Below the pieces are notes generated by a model that saw nothing but the letters and a program-made list of their open reading frames with translations, did no database searches and was not told the DNA's origin. A stretch of DNA of 64,000 nucleotides from NCBI GenBank assembly GCA_951406725.2, contig OX597815.1:131688001-131752000 (forward strand), given 5' to 3'. The stretch is from Octopus vulgaris. Its lineage: Eukaryota. Both the position numbers and the translations under genes were made by a program. Positions 1 to 13,619 of the stretch are shown in pieces (position 1 is the first letter of the stretch; each line of letters opens with the position of its first letter).

Positions 1-1550
1 CTATTTTTGATTCCATCATTTATGACTTGTACTAGCATTGGGTATATTAATTAAGGCGCTAAGACATATATTTATACATTTAAAATCCAGTTGTATTAAT
101 TTAATCGATAAGCTTAGGAACTTTGTTTATCAATATTATTTGGATTTTATATTATATTGAGTTTGATTGTTATTATTATTATTGTTATTGACTGGATTTG
201 TAGTGGACTGTCGGTTGTAGCTGAATGTCTTCATAGTGTGTTGTTCATTCGTTCTAATATTTTCGTACCTTTCTTTAATTTGTGGGGCTTAGATGTTTTT
301 CGTACTTTTCATTAGTAAATTGTTTTCGCCATTTTCATTGATAATTTATTTAATTTGTTTACACTAAGACTTCACGGGTTTAACTTTTATAAGTACTAAG
401 ACCTATATATTTTTTTACGTTTAAAATTCAGTTATATTATTTTCATCGACAAGCTAAGTAACGGTTTTTGCTTATAAATATTATTTGGCTTTTGAATAAT
501 ATTGGGTTTGATTATTATTGTTATTATTATTGTTATTATTATTGTTGTTGAAATATTATTATTTATATATATATTGATAGTTATAAGTTATGATAGTTAT
601 TAATTACGATATCTATTTATTAAGAATGATTTATTATTATTTTTATAAACGGATTTAACGTATTACATATAATTTAATTTGAGAATTAATTTTGTTATAT
701 AATACATTATTTAATAACTAGGCGGTATATTTATCAAGTAGTGTTACATTTAAGTAAATTAGTTCTGATATTAATTGATATTTTGGTCAACTATATTATT
801 GAGTGATATATTAAATCTATAGATACTACATATATATCAATTTTATTGTTAGTTTATATAATGGGTGTGTCTAAATTCTAACCATTTCTTATTTTTGATT
901 CCAGAATTTTTGGCTTATACTAGCATTATGTAAAGTAATTAATTTTAAGTTTTAATTGCTTAATGGGTAGTAGACTGTATTTGGATGTTTATTAAATAAA
1001 TATATTAATAATTTGATTTAATGTATATAGTTGAAATTGTTGTATATAGTTTTCACTTAATGTATATTTTGTATCTTATATATATATATATTAAATATAT
1101 TAAAGAATATATTTATTTTTAAAAGATTATTTACGTATATTTATTAATTAATTATTTTATTATTGTAGTTATTTTTCACCGGATGAGTGGCTATATTTAT
1201 ACTGAAGTGATTTTACTACTACTACTAATATTTTTACTATAATCATTTCTTAAATATAGCCAGGAAACATGTGTCTTTATTCTACCAAATATATACGTTT
1301 TATTGATTATTTTGCACATTACTTAATCATCGGTATATTTTTTAATCTTATATTTAATATTTCTATTATATGTAATTTTCTAGATGGTGCAATTTAATTT
1401 TTCATTTTCAATTGATAAAAGGTATATTTTTCTAATTTATATATATATTATATTTTGTGAAAATTGATTTAGTATTTCTAAATTGAATTTCTCCCTGTAA
1501 GTTGGAATAATATTCCCTGAAATTATTATTAAATACACATATAAATGTCT
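1..1550. repeat. Very AT-rich decayed repeat with diverged internal copies (about 1-190, 393-545, 887-945); probably an old PLE pseudo-LTR region
   Basis: Recurring blocks such as atttttgattcca...actagcatt and ctaagac...taaaat(c/t)cagtt; contains a degenerate HHR at 1177-1278. Confidence 0.4.
1177..1278 (+). ncRNA. Degenerate type I hammerhead relic
   Basis: CGGATGA-g-TGGCTATATTTA...TAAATATAGCCA-g-GAAAC-atgt-GTC; perfect 12-bp stem II, core U4 mutated, stem I lost. Confidence 0.55.
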
Positions 1551-1635
1551 TTTTTTTTTTCAGCCAATTGTTTACGTTAAGTCACTCTTAATGGAGCATA
1601 TAGTATCAGCATAAATAATATATAATTATAGTTAT

Positions 1636-1685
<50 letters not shown>

Positions 1686-2739
1686 ATACAATATATAATT
1701 GGTGATGGCAGATAACACATCAAAATACTATTGTAGCATTAGCCCTGAATAATGCCATCCGACAATATTATGTCATAACTAGTAATATATTGTTTGAACA
1801 TTACATACATTGACTCTGCTTTTGTTTCTAATTTAATGAAAACCAATTGATATTATCTACCTAACTACCTAAGTGTGCGTCTGTATCAATCTAGAAACTG
1901 CATTGTTGATGTAAGTACGCCAGTTTGCATGTGTCTAAGTGTGAGAATGAAGGCATGTTTGTACCTGTACAGAAACAAAGTTTATAAAATATAAGATAAA
2001 AAAATGCTAGACTAGTACACTAATATATATTCATGTGCGTAATTTTCTTCAGTACCTGTTATTAATCTAGTTACATAAAAAAAGTCTGTTGAAGTAAGTG
2101 AATTAACCAGTCTCCTAATCTTCCAAGTTTATATGATTAATGTTCAAATTCCAATGCCAAAATATTATATTGACGTACCCTTTAACATGACTTAACATTT
2201 TTATTGCATATAGTCTATTTTTCTCGGCTAAACTCATTCAATTTGTCCTCTCCATACGATCCCTTTCTTTGTCTCGTGTTTGTGTTCGACATCATTTTCT
2301 ATTTGTACGTTCCCAATATGCTTTTTAATCTTGGCTAGTGCTGGTGTTATCGAAGACTGACTAAGTAACCTGATCCTTGACTTCAGTTTCAAATGTATTT
2401 GCAATTACTTTCTACATCTAAAATGCCAAATAGAAATGAGAAAAGCCTGTATATTAGAATACTCTGCTTGTTTGTATAACATACAGGACATTTCTGTATC
2501 CTGGAATCCAATTCATGTTACATCTGTTGGGACAAAGTTTTCTTAACCGCCTTATAAAGTGATGTTGCCTAGAGAACAACACTTCGTTTGCATACAAATA
2601 AGATATACGAGGATGTGTTAATGCTTAATTAAAGAATTCTATTGCATTGATATGCAAGTTCTTGGGCAACAAAGCCGCCTTCAATCCCGCAACCAATCAG
2701 CGTCACCGACCAATCAGGAGCAGCCAGCGTGCCTATTGT

Positions 2740-3528
2740 GACAATATAAAGACTCGGCAAGGTCAGCAAGCTTGGAAAATGGGTACCACATGAATTGACT
2801 GAAGCGAACAAACAAGCACGTATCACAGCATGTCAAAATCTGCTCTGGTGAAGCCGAAGATTCGATTGGTTGGAGTCAGTAATCACTATGGATGAAAAGT
2901 GGGTCCTGTACTCCAACGTGAGGCGCAGATGATTCTGGTGTAGCAAAGGTCAACAGCGAACACCTTCGCCAAAAGGACCGTTTGTGCAAAACAAGGTGAT
3001 GATCTTAGTTTGGTGGGATTGCCGTGGTGTGATCAAGCTGGATCTTTTCCCATGTTATACCACCGTTGACAAGGATGTTTACTGCAAACAAATTGACCAT
3101 CTAAAGATCGCGCTGGCCGAAAAACGCACAAATTCGAAGACGATATTTTAGCACCAAGACAACGCGCCAGAACATCGTGCAAAGAAGACATCAGAGAAGC
3201 TGAAGGAAGCAGGCTGGGAGATTATGGTGCACCCACCGTATTCTCCTGACCTTGCCTCTTCCGACTATCACTTATTCTCTACCTTGCAACGCGCAATTGG
3301 CGATATAAAGTTCGAAAATGAAGATGTGAAATCGTTCCTTTGCCACGTTATTGATTCAAAGGCACGCGATTTCTGGATGAAAGGATTCAAAACTTTGCCT
3401 GAAAGATGGCAAAAGGTGATCAATAACGAAAGTGATTACATTTTGGATTGATTGTTCTTTGCTGATCTTTTAATTGTTAATAAAGTGATATGTTAAAAGT
3501 GTCCAAGAACTTTCGTACCAAACTGATA
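2740..3528 (+). mobile_element. Mariner (DD34D) transposon, 5'-truncated, transposase pseudogene
   Basis: Motifs KLGKWVPHELT, ITMDEKWVLY, HQDNAPEH, HPPYSPDLASSDYHLF; 34 residues between 2nd and 3rd D; in-frame stops; mariner-like right end ctttcgtaccaaactgaTA. Confidence 0.95.
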
Positions 3529-4184
3529 CATGAAGGACATTTTCCTCAACATATGGTATTTATCATCATCATTTTCGTTATCGCGGTAATTGTCGTCAAG
3601 ACCGTTGTTGTTACTATCATTCTCATCATCATCGTCGCTGCTGTTGTCGTCATCATCAGCATTATCTGTTTATATTTAGTACCCTTGAATTGTCTAAGTT
3701 GAACAAGGATGTGAAATCTTGATACGGCGTCTTTATCATTTTTATGACCAGCTGTAAGAGTTTATATTGCTATATTATCGACCTTATCAATACACGTAGC
3801 AATGTTTTGTCTTTCATGTTATTGCTGGGTAACAATCTTTTGAAAGGAAATAACATTGTTCATGAAAGGCTCTAGATCGATGAATCGCACATATATATCA
3901 CTTATACAGGGCGGAAATGTTTAACAGAAACTAATGTTGATATCAGTGAATTTATAAATCCCTAGATTTCGTTGACATTTTAATATGAATGCATTGTGGT
4001 GACCACAAGAGATTCATGTAAAATTAATAAGATAGAGCGGAAATAAGCACTTCAGCGAAAAAAGTCAGTATTTCAGGCTCATATTTCAGACATCTCAACA
4101 CGTAAAAGCGTTATCCGTCGGGAATATTTATGAAGTAAACAAATAAATAATTCATATATTATAAGGTAATTATCAATTCGCTCT

Positions 4185-4675
<491 letters not shown>

Positions 4676-7235
4676 GATTTACAAAACGGATGATAAAACA
4701 TTTTAATCATCATCTAAACTATTGGATTACATGGACATGGAAGATGCAAAATATGTCTCCGTTGTAATGATTTAAAGAGCCATCCTGTCCAACATTTGTT
4801 GAAAAATGTAAGCGAAACAGAAAATATAGGATATTTTATTTGTATTTTGCGTTTTCGATAGCAGTGGAAAGCATTGCCTTTTATATGTTTTAAAATGTAG
4901 GGAAATACCGGAAACAATAATTATATAATACAGCGTAAAGTTTTGTCTTTTCACAAGTTAACAAATAATAGGAAACAAATAAAACAATACACGGTTTGCA
5001 AAATTTTGATAGCTTTAGCTTCCCACTAGAATTTGCAGGGCTTGTGATTTGAAAGAATTGAATTTCAAACACTACATTAATCTCTATATGGATTTAGTAA
5101 TTGAATGCTGATCTATATCTCCCAAGCCAACTCCAAGCACTGTGTTGAATTATTCACATAGCTATCATGTTCTTATTTAGTTCCAGGTCAGTTGTCACTG
5201 ATAGACCTGTGATCAAATGTGTTCCAAGTATGACCTTCATGTTTATAAATCAGACATAGGGTTTTATTCTCCTGTGTGTTACCCTATTTAGAATGTAAGG
5301 CGCCGTTTAAGGAAGATATGACTATTAGCACAATCCTGTTGGGTGAATACATAGACGGTCCTTAAAGTTGTTGGAAAGTATTAAAATAGTACAATGTTTA
5401 TAGAGATATCGAAGCATTATTGGAAAGAATGGAGCTACTTTAATTCAACTGAGGATTAAAACTTCCTTAAAGTCTGCTATTTGCAGATACTTAAATTATT
5501 TACTTTGCAGTAATTGCTATACTGTCTGAAAGTGATTGTTTTACGTTATATATCAATGTATACTGAAATACAAACAGATGTGTTTACATTTAATCGAAAA
5601 GAGTTTTCTCTGTTGGATATCTTTTAAAGATTAATGAGGATGTCTTACTGTGTTATACAACGTGCTTTCTAGTTTAAGATGGTTGGGACGAAATGTTAAC
5701 CTCAATTGTTTTCGAATATAGAAAAAGAAAAATAAATAATGTGAGCTATTAAGTCTGGGTTCATACCATTGTATTTATTTTCTAGAGTCCAATAACGAGG
5801 CGTGGGTGTATAATTTAGATTTACAACAATTTATAGCTCAGCGAAACATTATCGTAAACAAATAGATTAATAAAAAGAATAATTTATCGGAATTCGATTT
5901 GATTAATTTTCCAATACTAATTAAAATACATTCTACATCTATTATCTTGATAAAAGAGAATTCAGATGGTAGATGAACAGGAGGTAGCCAGTTCGCAGCT
6001 AGTGTATTTTCCCCGACGTTGCATTTTAGTCTATGGCTAATACAAATATATTTCACATCAAGTCATTGCCGATAATATAATTAATTTATTGCAGTAAGTT
6101 CTGTCTGGGATGACATCGGAATAAGTTTATTATTATGTCTTTCGTGGAAACATCAGACACCAATACATATACCCAAGAGAAATATTCACCTTCCATCTAC
6201 TTAATACTGCAGGAACAAAACCTGGTTATCGGCTCTATATATTCGGGTGATTTGTAAAACGTTTTCCCTAAGATATGTAAAGGTAATCATACTTGCTTGA
6301 GTCAGAAACAATTTGACCACATAGTCCCCACATCCACGACTTGTAACTCGTATTACAAGTCCTATAGGGATTTCAAGGAATGTAACTCGCAGAAGGCAGC
6401 GAGCTGGCAGAAACTTTAGCACGCCGGGCGAAATACTTAGCAGAATGTAACTCGCAACACCTTTTAACCACAATTGCAAAGTTGTTGGTGTCACTAGTGT
6501 GCTAGTGAAATAATGACAGTACTGCGTAAAAAATCAATATTTCTATTTTCAGTGCACTTTAGAGTGGTATTCATTCGAAATCAACGTTATGGTCGATTTT
6601 ATATTTGCAGGTATTGCAGATCAGTTATCTTGAAAGTTTGCGTGTGCATACGATAGACAGAAACTCTACATAAAACAGAAAACTCTCTCCAAATCGCATA
6701 GCAATAAAAAAAATGGCGTTCAGTAACAACTAATAAATATCTGAGATTTGTTAAAATAATAACTTATTTAATTGGAATAGTGATTAGTTCTATAAAATAG
6801 TTTAATACATTTTCTTGATTGTTTATTCTAAACTCATATTCTGTGTAAGTCTAGCAGTCCCAGAAGTGTCTGGCTGCTATGTGACTTAGATCCCAAGGAG
6901 TTTTAACATAAAATGTACGGGTGAAAGCAGGCTTTATAGCGGTTCTTAACAGTTCTGCCGTCCTTAATAAGGGAGATACATTTAAGTTAGTAATATAATC
7001 TAGACATGCCCCAAAAATGATGACAATGCAAGTGACTATTGAAATAGATTTGATGATCAGTTACATCGATTGGAGTTGACATGTGGATAAGCAAACAATG
7101 ACAGCAACGACAACTCTTGATCGTCCTTATTTAGGAAATACATATAATTAACAAGTCATAGGTTTCCATTTTGATATCATAATTCACCTGAGTTCAAGTT
7201 TATTACAATAGTACAGTATAATAATAAATAATAAA

Positions 7236-7468
7236 TGCGCCCTTTTAATGGGCCCGGTTTCCCGGTTGCTATGACGTATGTGTTCTCCAGCTGGACGGGA
7301 CGCCAGTCCATCGCAGCGTTACTCATTTTTGCCAGTTGAGTGGACTGAAGCAACGTGAAATTAAGTGTTTTGTTGAAGAACACAACGCGTCACCTGGTCT
7401 AGGATTAGAAAATACAATCTTACGATCATGATGCTGACAACCTAACCACTAAGCCACGCGCCTCCACA
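7236..7468 (-). mobile_element. tRNA-derived SINE, family C (V-domain-like)
   Basis: Minus strand ggaggcgcgtggcttagtgg (A box) and gcgatggactggcgtcccgtccag; homologous to 24012-24560 and 36330-36510. Confidence 0.85.
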
Positions 7469-7750
7469 AATAGTACAGTATAGTATACTGAGTATACACT
7501 AAAATAATTGCTAAAGCCATTTCTTTCGAGCTTTTAGTTATTTGATTTTAGTATGCTTTGGTTATTACATTAAATCACTAGTGTTTCGTTCAGTTACTAT
7601 AATGTATTATAACACACCAACAGGCAGTATTTCCAACACTCTGGATTAGGACGACTGTCAACAATTTGTCTGGTTTCCCCACATTACTTTGCCTACTGAC
7701 ATTATTAGGTTGCTTGGCAGTGTGTTTGAGGAGGGTTAAAGCTGAGTCAC

Positions 7751-7800
7751 GACGGCTGATGAAGACTCAAGAAAATGTTGAAACATACGTATACATGTGG
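7751..7800 (+). ncRNA. Degenerate hammerhead-like motif in a probable solo PLE pseudo-LTR
   Basis: CTGATGA-a-GAC-tcaagaaaat-GTT-GAAAC-atac-GTA; stem I does not pair well. Confidence 0.45.
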
Positions 7801-8380
7801 TTCAGTAAAATGTGTTTCATCTTAACAACAGAAGTCTGAGGCTAAAGAAGACAAATACAGTCTATCATCTATTAGAGCAACGAAATAGTTTTATTACAAT
7901 TACCTAACTACGGGGTTTCAGTAAGTGATGTAAATGTAGCTGCAATTTATATAGATAAAGAAGACGGATACGGGGAATAATAAGACAGAATCGAGAATAT
8001 ATATATAAATGGTAAAGACTAATTTTCAAACATGTTCACGTTATAAAATGTAAATAAACACCTAAAATAGAAAAATCGATATTTCTGTTCTACTACAGTT
8101 CGCCGATGATGGACCAGAAATTTCAATCTAATGATATCAATAGACATTTGACTACGGCATGATTATCAACAGGAAATCGAAGTGTCATCAAGCCTTTTTT
8201 GGTATTAATCGAGAGATATAAATTCTATCGAGCAATCTACATATATAACAACGTTCCATCAAATTATATTTATATTATTATTTTCGGTGCTACTAGCTAT
8301 ATATGCTCATTACATCCCATCCAGCACATATACACAGGCACACACACCCACACACACAGAGATTAACTGACATGTATACG

Positions 8381-8450
<70 letters not shown>

Positions 8451-8540
8451 AACATTTATACAATATATGGACATATTTGCATGCACATTCATATATACAT
8501 TATAAATATATACAAGCATGTTTATATATATATATACATA

Positions 8541-8590
<50 letters not shown>

Positions 8591-8772
8591 AATATCTATG
8601 TACATATATATATATATATATACATTAAGATATGTATGTGCATATATATATATATATATTCAGATAAATATGGAACTTAAGTTGAGGCACCAGAATTTAG
8701 TACGGTATTATCCATACAATTTCAAAATAAGGTGATTAAAATCAAAATGAACAACAAGGATATCCAGAGGTA

Positions 8773-8866
8773 ATGCAGTACAATCGTTTCATGCAACTCC
8801 CGTTAATTGAACAGTGCAATCATTTTATTACATCAATTTTAAAATGTAGAGCAATCTTCAGCTCCC
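8773..8866 (-). ncRNA. Degenerate type I hammerhead, left inverted pLTR
   Basis: Minus strand ggag-CTGAAGA-ttgctct...gagttgcat-GAAAC-gatt-GTA-ctgcat. Confidence 0.55.
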
Positions 8867-9826
8867 AAAGACATAGAATTTAGTTAAATTAGAACAGAGG
8901 GACACATTAGTATAATTATACCTAAAATCTCCAAGAAGCTAAGGAGATAAACAAAGAACATGTTGTACCGACAACAGCATAGCCGTAAATAAAATTTTCA
9001 AGAAGACACTGCTGCCACTGATGTTTTGTTTTTTAATCACTAAAATCATGATGAAGTACATATACAATTTAGTAACTTCAATAGAGAAGATTTATAGAAC
9101 ATATGTTATAATTCAAGAAATTAAAAATTGTTTATTTACTTAATTAGCTTGTGTCTTTAATCATTTATACCTAGTATTAACTAAAAGAAAAATGAATGTT
9201 GTAGGGTATGCTATCTACGCACTAATTTTAAACTATGAGGTATATTATACATTTTAAAACTCAAGATCAATAAAGTGATACTTTCTATAATATATTTGAA
9301 ATCTATATTATAAATCTTCATTTAATATTAGTATATGGCTAGCTTGTCCTTTTAGCAAAAATTATCTTTTCAACTAATACTAGGTTTCAGCTCTGATAAT
9401 TGTAAGCTAAATAAATTAACAAATTTTAGCTCATAAATTATTATACATTTTCTAGAAATACTTGCTATTAGAGTTAATAATGTATGAATATTTTATTATT
9501 ATATTATGGTTTTTAATGCTAACTGATCATTTTATAATTGGTGCTATTGTAATTTTTATAGCGGCCTTAAATAAATCTAATCCTTGTACCCCTATTAACT
9601 CATACACAACTTCTATAAGCAATAATAAATCTCTGAACGAGATGTAAACAGTAAGCGCTCGACAAAGTATACTAGCCATCTCAATATGGCTAACCAATAG
9701 GGGTGGGTGTTACTGTAGCTTTTTAGCCACAGGAGATCATCGTCTCCAGCTGGCTTTAGACACAATTACTGTGCCCTTATGATATTTGCAAAGGGAGGTC
9801 ATCCCCTCTCGTAAACCTAAGTGATA

Positions 9827-9871
9827 CGCATGGACTGCACTTTCGAGATTATTGTCTCTTGTCAACACACG
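9827..9871 (-). ncRNA. Type I hammerhead, U3-A8 variant, stem III C15.2 changed to G
   Basis: Minus strand CGTGTG-TTGACAA-GAGA-caataa-TCTC-GAAAG-tgca-GTC-CATGCG. Confidence 0.7.
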
Positions 9872-9904
9872 GTAATCACCGGTTTTCGATGAGGAGATGA
9901 TTAC

Positions 9905-9949
9905 CGTGTGTTGACAAGAGACAATAATCTCGAAACTGCAGTCCATGCG
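9905..9949 (+). ncRNA. Type I hammerhead, U3-A8 variant, apparently intact; predicted cleavage after 9943
   Basis: Stem I CGTGTG/CATGCG (2 GU pairs), core TTGACAA, stem II GAGA/TCTC, GAAAC-TGCA-GTC with palindromic stem III. Confidence 0.85.
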
Positions 9950-10262
9950 TATCACTTAGGTTTACGAGAGGGGATGACCTCCCTTTGCACATATCATAAG
10001 GGCACAGGAATTGTGTCTAAAGCCAACTGGAGACTATGATCTCCTGTGGCTAAAAAGCTACAGTAACACCCACCCTTAGTGGTTAGCCATATTGAGATGG
10101 CTAGTATACTTTACGTTGTCGAGCGCTTACTGTTTACATCTCGTTCAGAGATTTATTATTGCTTTCAGACCGTTTTTCGAAATCAGTGACAATAGTTACT
10201 TGGAAAAAACATTAAATAGATAGTCGCAAACAGGTCTCTTCTCATCGAAAACCAGTGATTAC

Positions 10263-10307
10263 CGTGAGTTGACAAGAGAAAATAATCTCGAAACTGCATT
10301 CCATGCG
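10263..10307 (+). ncRNA. Type I hammerhead, U3-A8 variant, tandem copy with G16.2 changed to U
   Basis: cgtgag-TTGACAA-GAGA-aaataa-TCTC-GAAAC-tgca-TTC-catgcg; 358 nt downstream of the 9905 copy. Confidence 0.7.
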
Positions 10308-12003
10308 TATCACTTAGGTTTACGAAAACTTCTATAAGGTTATACCGGTATCTCCACAACTTAAAATTAGTTCAATTTTATTAACTCAGTATATAGTTGA
10401 CATGTTCTTTGACCTCAGTTGCCCCCCCCCCCCCCCGCCTTATTAAATACCTGTTAATTCCATTTGATCAATTTCAATGGAAACCATATAATATGTTAAT
10501 ATTTTAGATAAGTAATAAGTATATAAATATTAATCTATTAATCTATTTCTTTGCAATTTCCTTTTCCTCCCTCTATTGTGGTAAAAATTTGGTATATACT
10601 CATAATATTCAAAGACGTGGTATCATGTATTTACAATTTTCATTCTTAGTAATCTTCTTGATTACCCTAAAATTTTAACCTTATACAGTATGACGATATT
10701 GTTTGGAATGATCTTTAAAAATACTTGATTTTCTCTTTCTTAATTGGCTCTACTCTCCTGATCTTATTATTTATAAGGACCTTCATATAAATAACTTTTC
10801 TAAACAAGTACCACTAAGAAACTATAAATATCATGTAGGGAGTAATAATAATAACTTCTTAAAACTATAAAATAATCCTAAATTAAAAAAATATTAGTGT
10901 AAAATAGAATTGTTCCATAACTTAAATATTCCTTTACCCGATACCAAACATCAGTCTTTTAGAGATATTAGCTAAATAAGTAAATATAATTTTCAGTCTA
11001 ATATATTTTGAATTATTATACTTTTTTTTTGTAAAAAATCTTCTCTATTGATGTTGACAAGCTACATATACTTTACTATAGTATTAGTAATTAAACCACT
11101 TTATTCCTTTTCTATGGTGCTCTGCGCTTGATTATTTAATTTTATAATTAGTCTTTATTTATTTATAAAAGTATTCTAAGCTTTGTATCTCTATAAATTC
11201 ATACTTAGCTTACATAAGACTATACTGATATATTCCTTACTCATATAAAAAAAAATGCTCAGGTTTAGAAATTTATTAATATATAGTTAGCATGTTCTTT
11301 TACCTCAAAACTCTTTTATTAATACCAGTAAATATCATCTTATACCATCTGATGAGTTAGTATTTAAGTATACAATATGTAGAAATATTAAGCTATTCCT
11401 ATATACTTTCTTTTCCACCCTCTATTGTTGTAAAAGTTTGATATATACTCAAAAGTATTCATAAATTTGTATCCTTATGTTACAATACTCTTCTGAATAA
11501 TCTTTTGAATAACTCTAAACTTTAACTGTATACAATATAGCAACATTGTTTTAAAGTACTTAAGTGTAGTGCTACATGATAAGACTTCCCCTGTTTCATT
11601 ATCAATAGTCTGCTAGTGGGTGACCCCTTAATTATCAGCTAACATCTTGTTTTAAGTTTTCACTTACTAACCCTCATAACATTGCTTCTAATAAATCTTG
11701 ACTTTTATGACTATACCATCTAGAATGTCTGTCTACTACCTCAACTCTGCCCCAAACAGATACTGCACTCTGTTTCTCTCAGCTTTGAATGTACAAGGGA
11801 TTTGATAAAGTAGTCTATAAATTAAAAGTAACCGCTTAAACAAAAAAAATCAGTGGCAAGCAGTGTCTTCTTGAAAATTTTAGTTACGGCTATGCTGTTG
11901 TAGGTACATGTTCTTTATCTAAAATCCCCAATTTCTTGGAGATCTTAGGTATAAATATACTAACGTATCCATATGTTCTAATTTAACTAAATCCTATGTC
12001 TTT

Positions 12004-12100
12004 GTGCTGCTGAAGATTGCTCTACATTTAAAATTTTTAAATTGATGTTATGATTGCATTGTCCAATTAAATAGAGTTGCATGAAACGAAGGTACTGCAT
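12004..12100 (+). ncRNA. Degenerate type I hammerhead, right inverted pLTR
   Basis: gtgctg-CTGAAGA-ttgctcta...tagagttgcat-GAAAC-gaag-GTA-ctgcat. Confidence 0.6.
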
Positions 12101-12132
12101 AACCTCTGTATATCCTTGTTGCTTATTTTGAT

Positions 12133-12215
<83 letters not shown>

Positions 12216-12733
12216 ATGCATGTATGTATGTATGAATATCTCTATACGTACACACATGTACATATACACACACAGATATCCGTATCCGTTACAGACTAAT
12301 AATTGTAAACGTCGATAAATTGTTGATAAACGGAAATTGTTATTTCATTTGTAACTTGTATGTAAAACGCAATAATGCAAATTGAACACTTTATATTAAT
12401 AGTGAATGATTATGATCTGGTTGAATGCCCGGGCCTCACTTTCTCTAGGTTTGAGTTTATGCGTAAGTACGAGTGTGACCGTGCTTTTGAGTTATAGACT
12501 CTGTTATAAGTAAGCATTTGATGTACATAAATGTATTTTAGCGTTAATTAGCTTTAACTTATTTGATCCCATACCACTTGAAAGTATAAGCCTATGTATA
12601 CACACACTTGTGTGAATATCCACACATACACACACACACGTATACATGCATACATACATACATGCATTCATACATACGATACATATATATATATATACAC
12701 ATACATAATGCACACACTGACACACATACACAT

Positions 12734-12781
<48 letters not shown>

Positions 12782-12887
12782 GGAGAAAGATAGATTCATT
12801 CACACATGCATATATAATAACATACGTAATTGTGTGTATATATATATATATATATTATATTAAATTAGAGACAATATATATATATTG

Positions 12888-13515
12888 TAGTTTCAGCTTA
12901 GAGCTGTGGCCATGCTGGAGCACCGCTCTTTTCCTGTACTCTTATTATTGAGAGCCTCCTGTAATACATGTCATTTAGTGAATAAGGGAGTTTGATGTTG
13001 CTACCCTCCGTTGCACCTCTTCCCGCGAGGTAGGTTCATCTAGGACTCTCGACAGGAAGAAGTTCAGTTTCGATTTCAAAACACCTACATCCACTTTGTG
13101 TAGGTCCCTCAGGCACTTTGGGAGAATATTAAAAAGTTGTGGGACCCTGAAACCCAGGCTATTGCAGTAACTGCCCCTGAAGCGTGATGGCATTGCTGGG
13201 ATCTTTGGCACTGCAGTGACGGCCTGTTCTAGCATTGGTGTAGCTTTGAATGCCAAAATTTGGTACAATTCCTTCCAGGATCTTCCAGTTGTATATTATT
13301 GCATATCTCGCTCGCCTTCGCTCCAGGGAGTAGAGTCTTAGCTGCTTCAGCCTTTCCCAGTAGCTGAGGTGTTGCAACGAGACGACCGTCTTTGTGAAGC
13401 TTCGTTGGATTGCTTCAAGGTCTGCTGTTAATTTTACACTGTTGGGTGACCATAGCTGACAGTAGTAGCCCAGACAGCTGAGGACCATCATGGTTTCCCA
13501 CTCTCTGGTCCTGGA
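12888..13515 (-). mobile_element. CR1-type LINE 3' fragment
   Basis: YCQLWSP, LYSLERRRARY, PQLFNILPK motifs; close match to 31762-32410; same 3' tail. Confidence 0.92.
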
Positions 13516-13571
13516 TGTACATATATGATGTGTATGTACGTATCCATGTTTGTATGTATCTACACATCGAC

Positions 13572-13615
<44 letters not shown>

Positions 13616-13619
13616 GCAC

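Larger units (their letters stand above)
9618..10326. mobile_element. ORF-less HHR-bearing element (inverted plus tandem pLTR or retrozyme-like units) nested in the older PLE
   Basis: Inverted arms 9618-9878 / 9898-10163 followed by a tandem partial unit to 10326; flanked by a 12-bp direct repeat AACTTCTATAAG (9608-9619, 10327-10338); same family at 42264-42534. Confidence 0.9.
8738..12135 (-). mobile_element. Old degraded Penelope-like element bounded by ~300-bp inverted pseudo-LTRs (8738-9035 and 11838-12135)
   Basis: Terminal blocks are diverged reverse complements, each with an HHR relic; interior minus strand has frameshifted RT-like traces (W-Y-x-D-D-I near 11325-11350) and a diverged duplicate (10560-10705 vs 11410-11550). 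Confidence 0.7.

Noticed and set aside
3490-3702. Hydrophobic 70-aa ORF resembling a membrane peptide
   Set aside because: It derives from a decayed (ATC/GTT/GTC)n trinucleotide tract next to the mariner end
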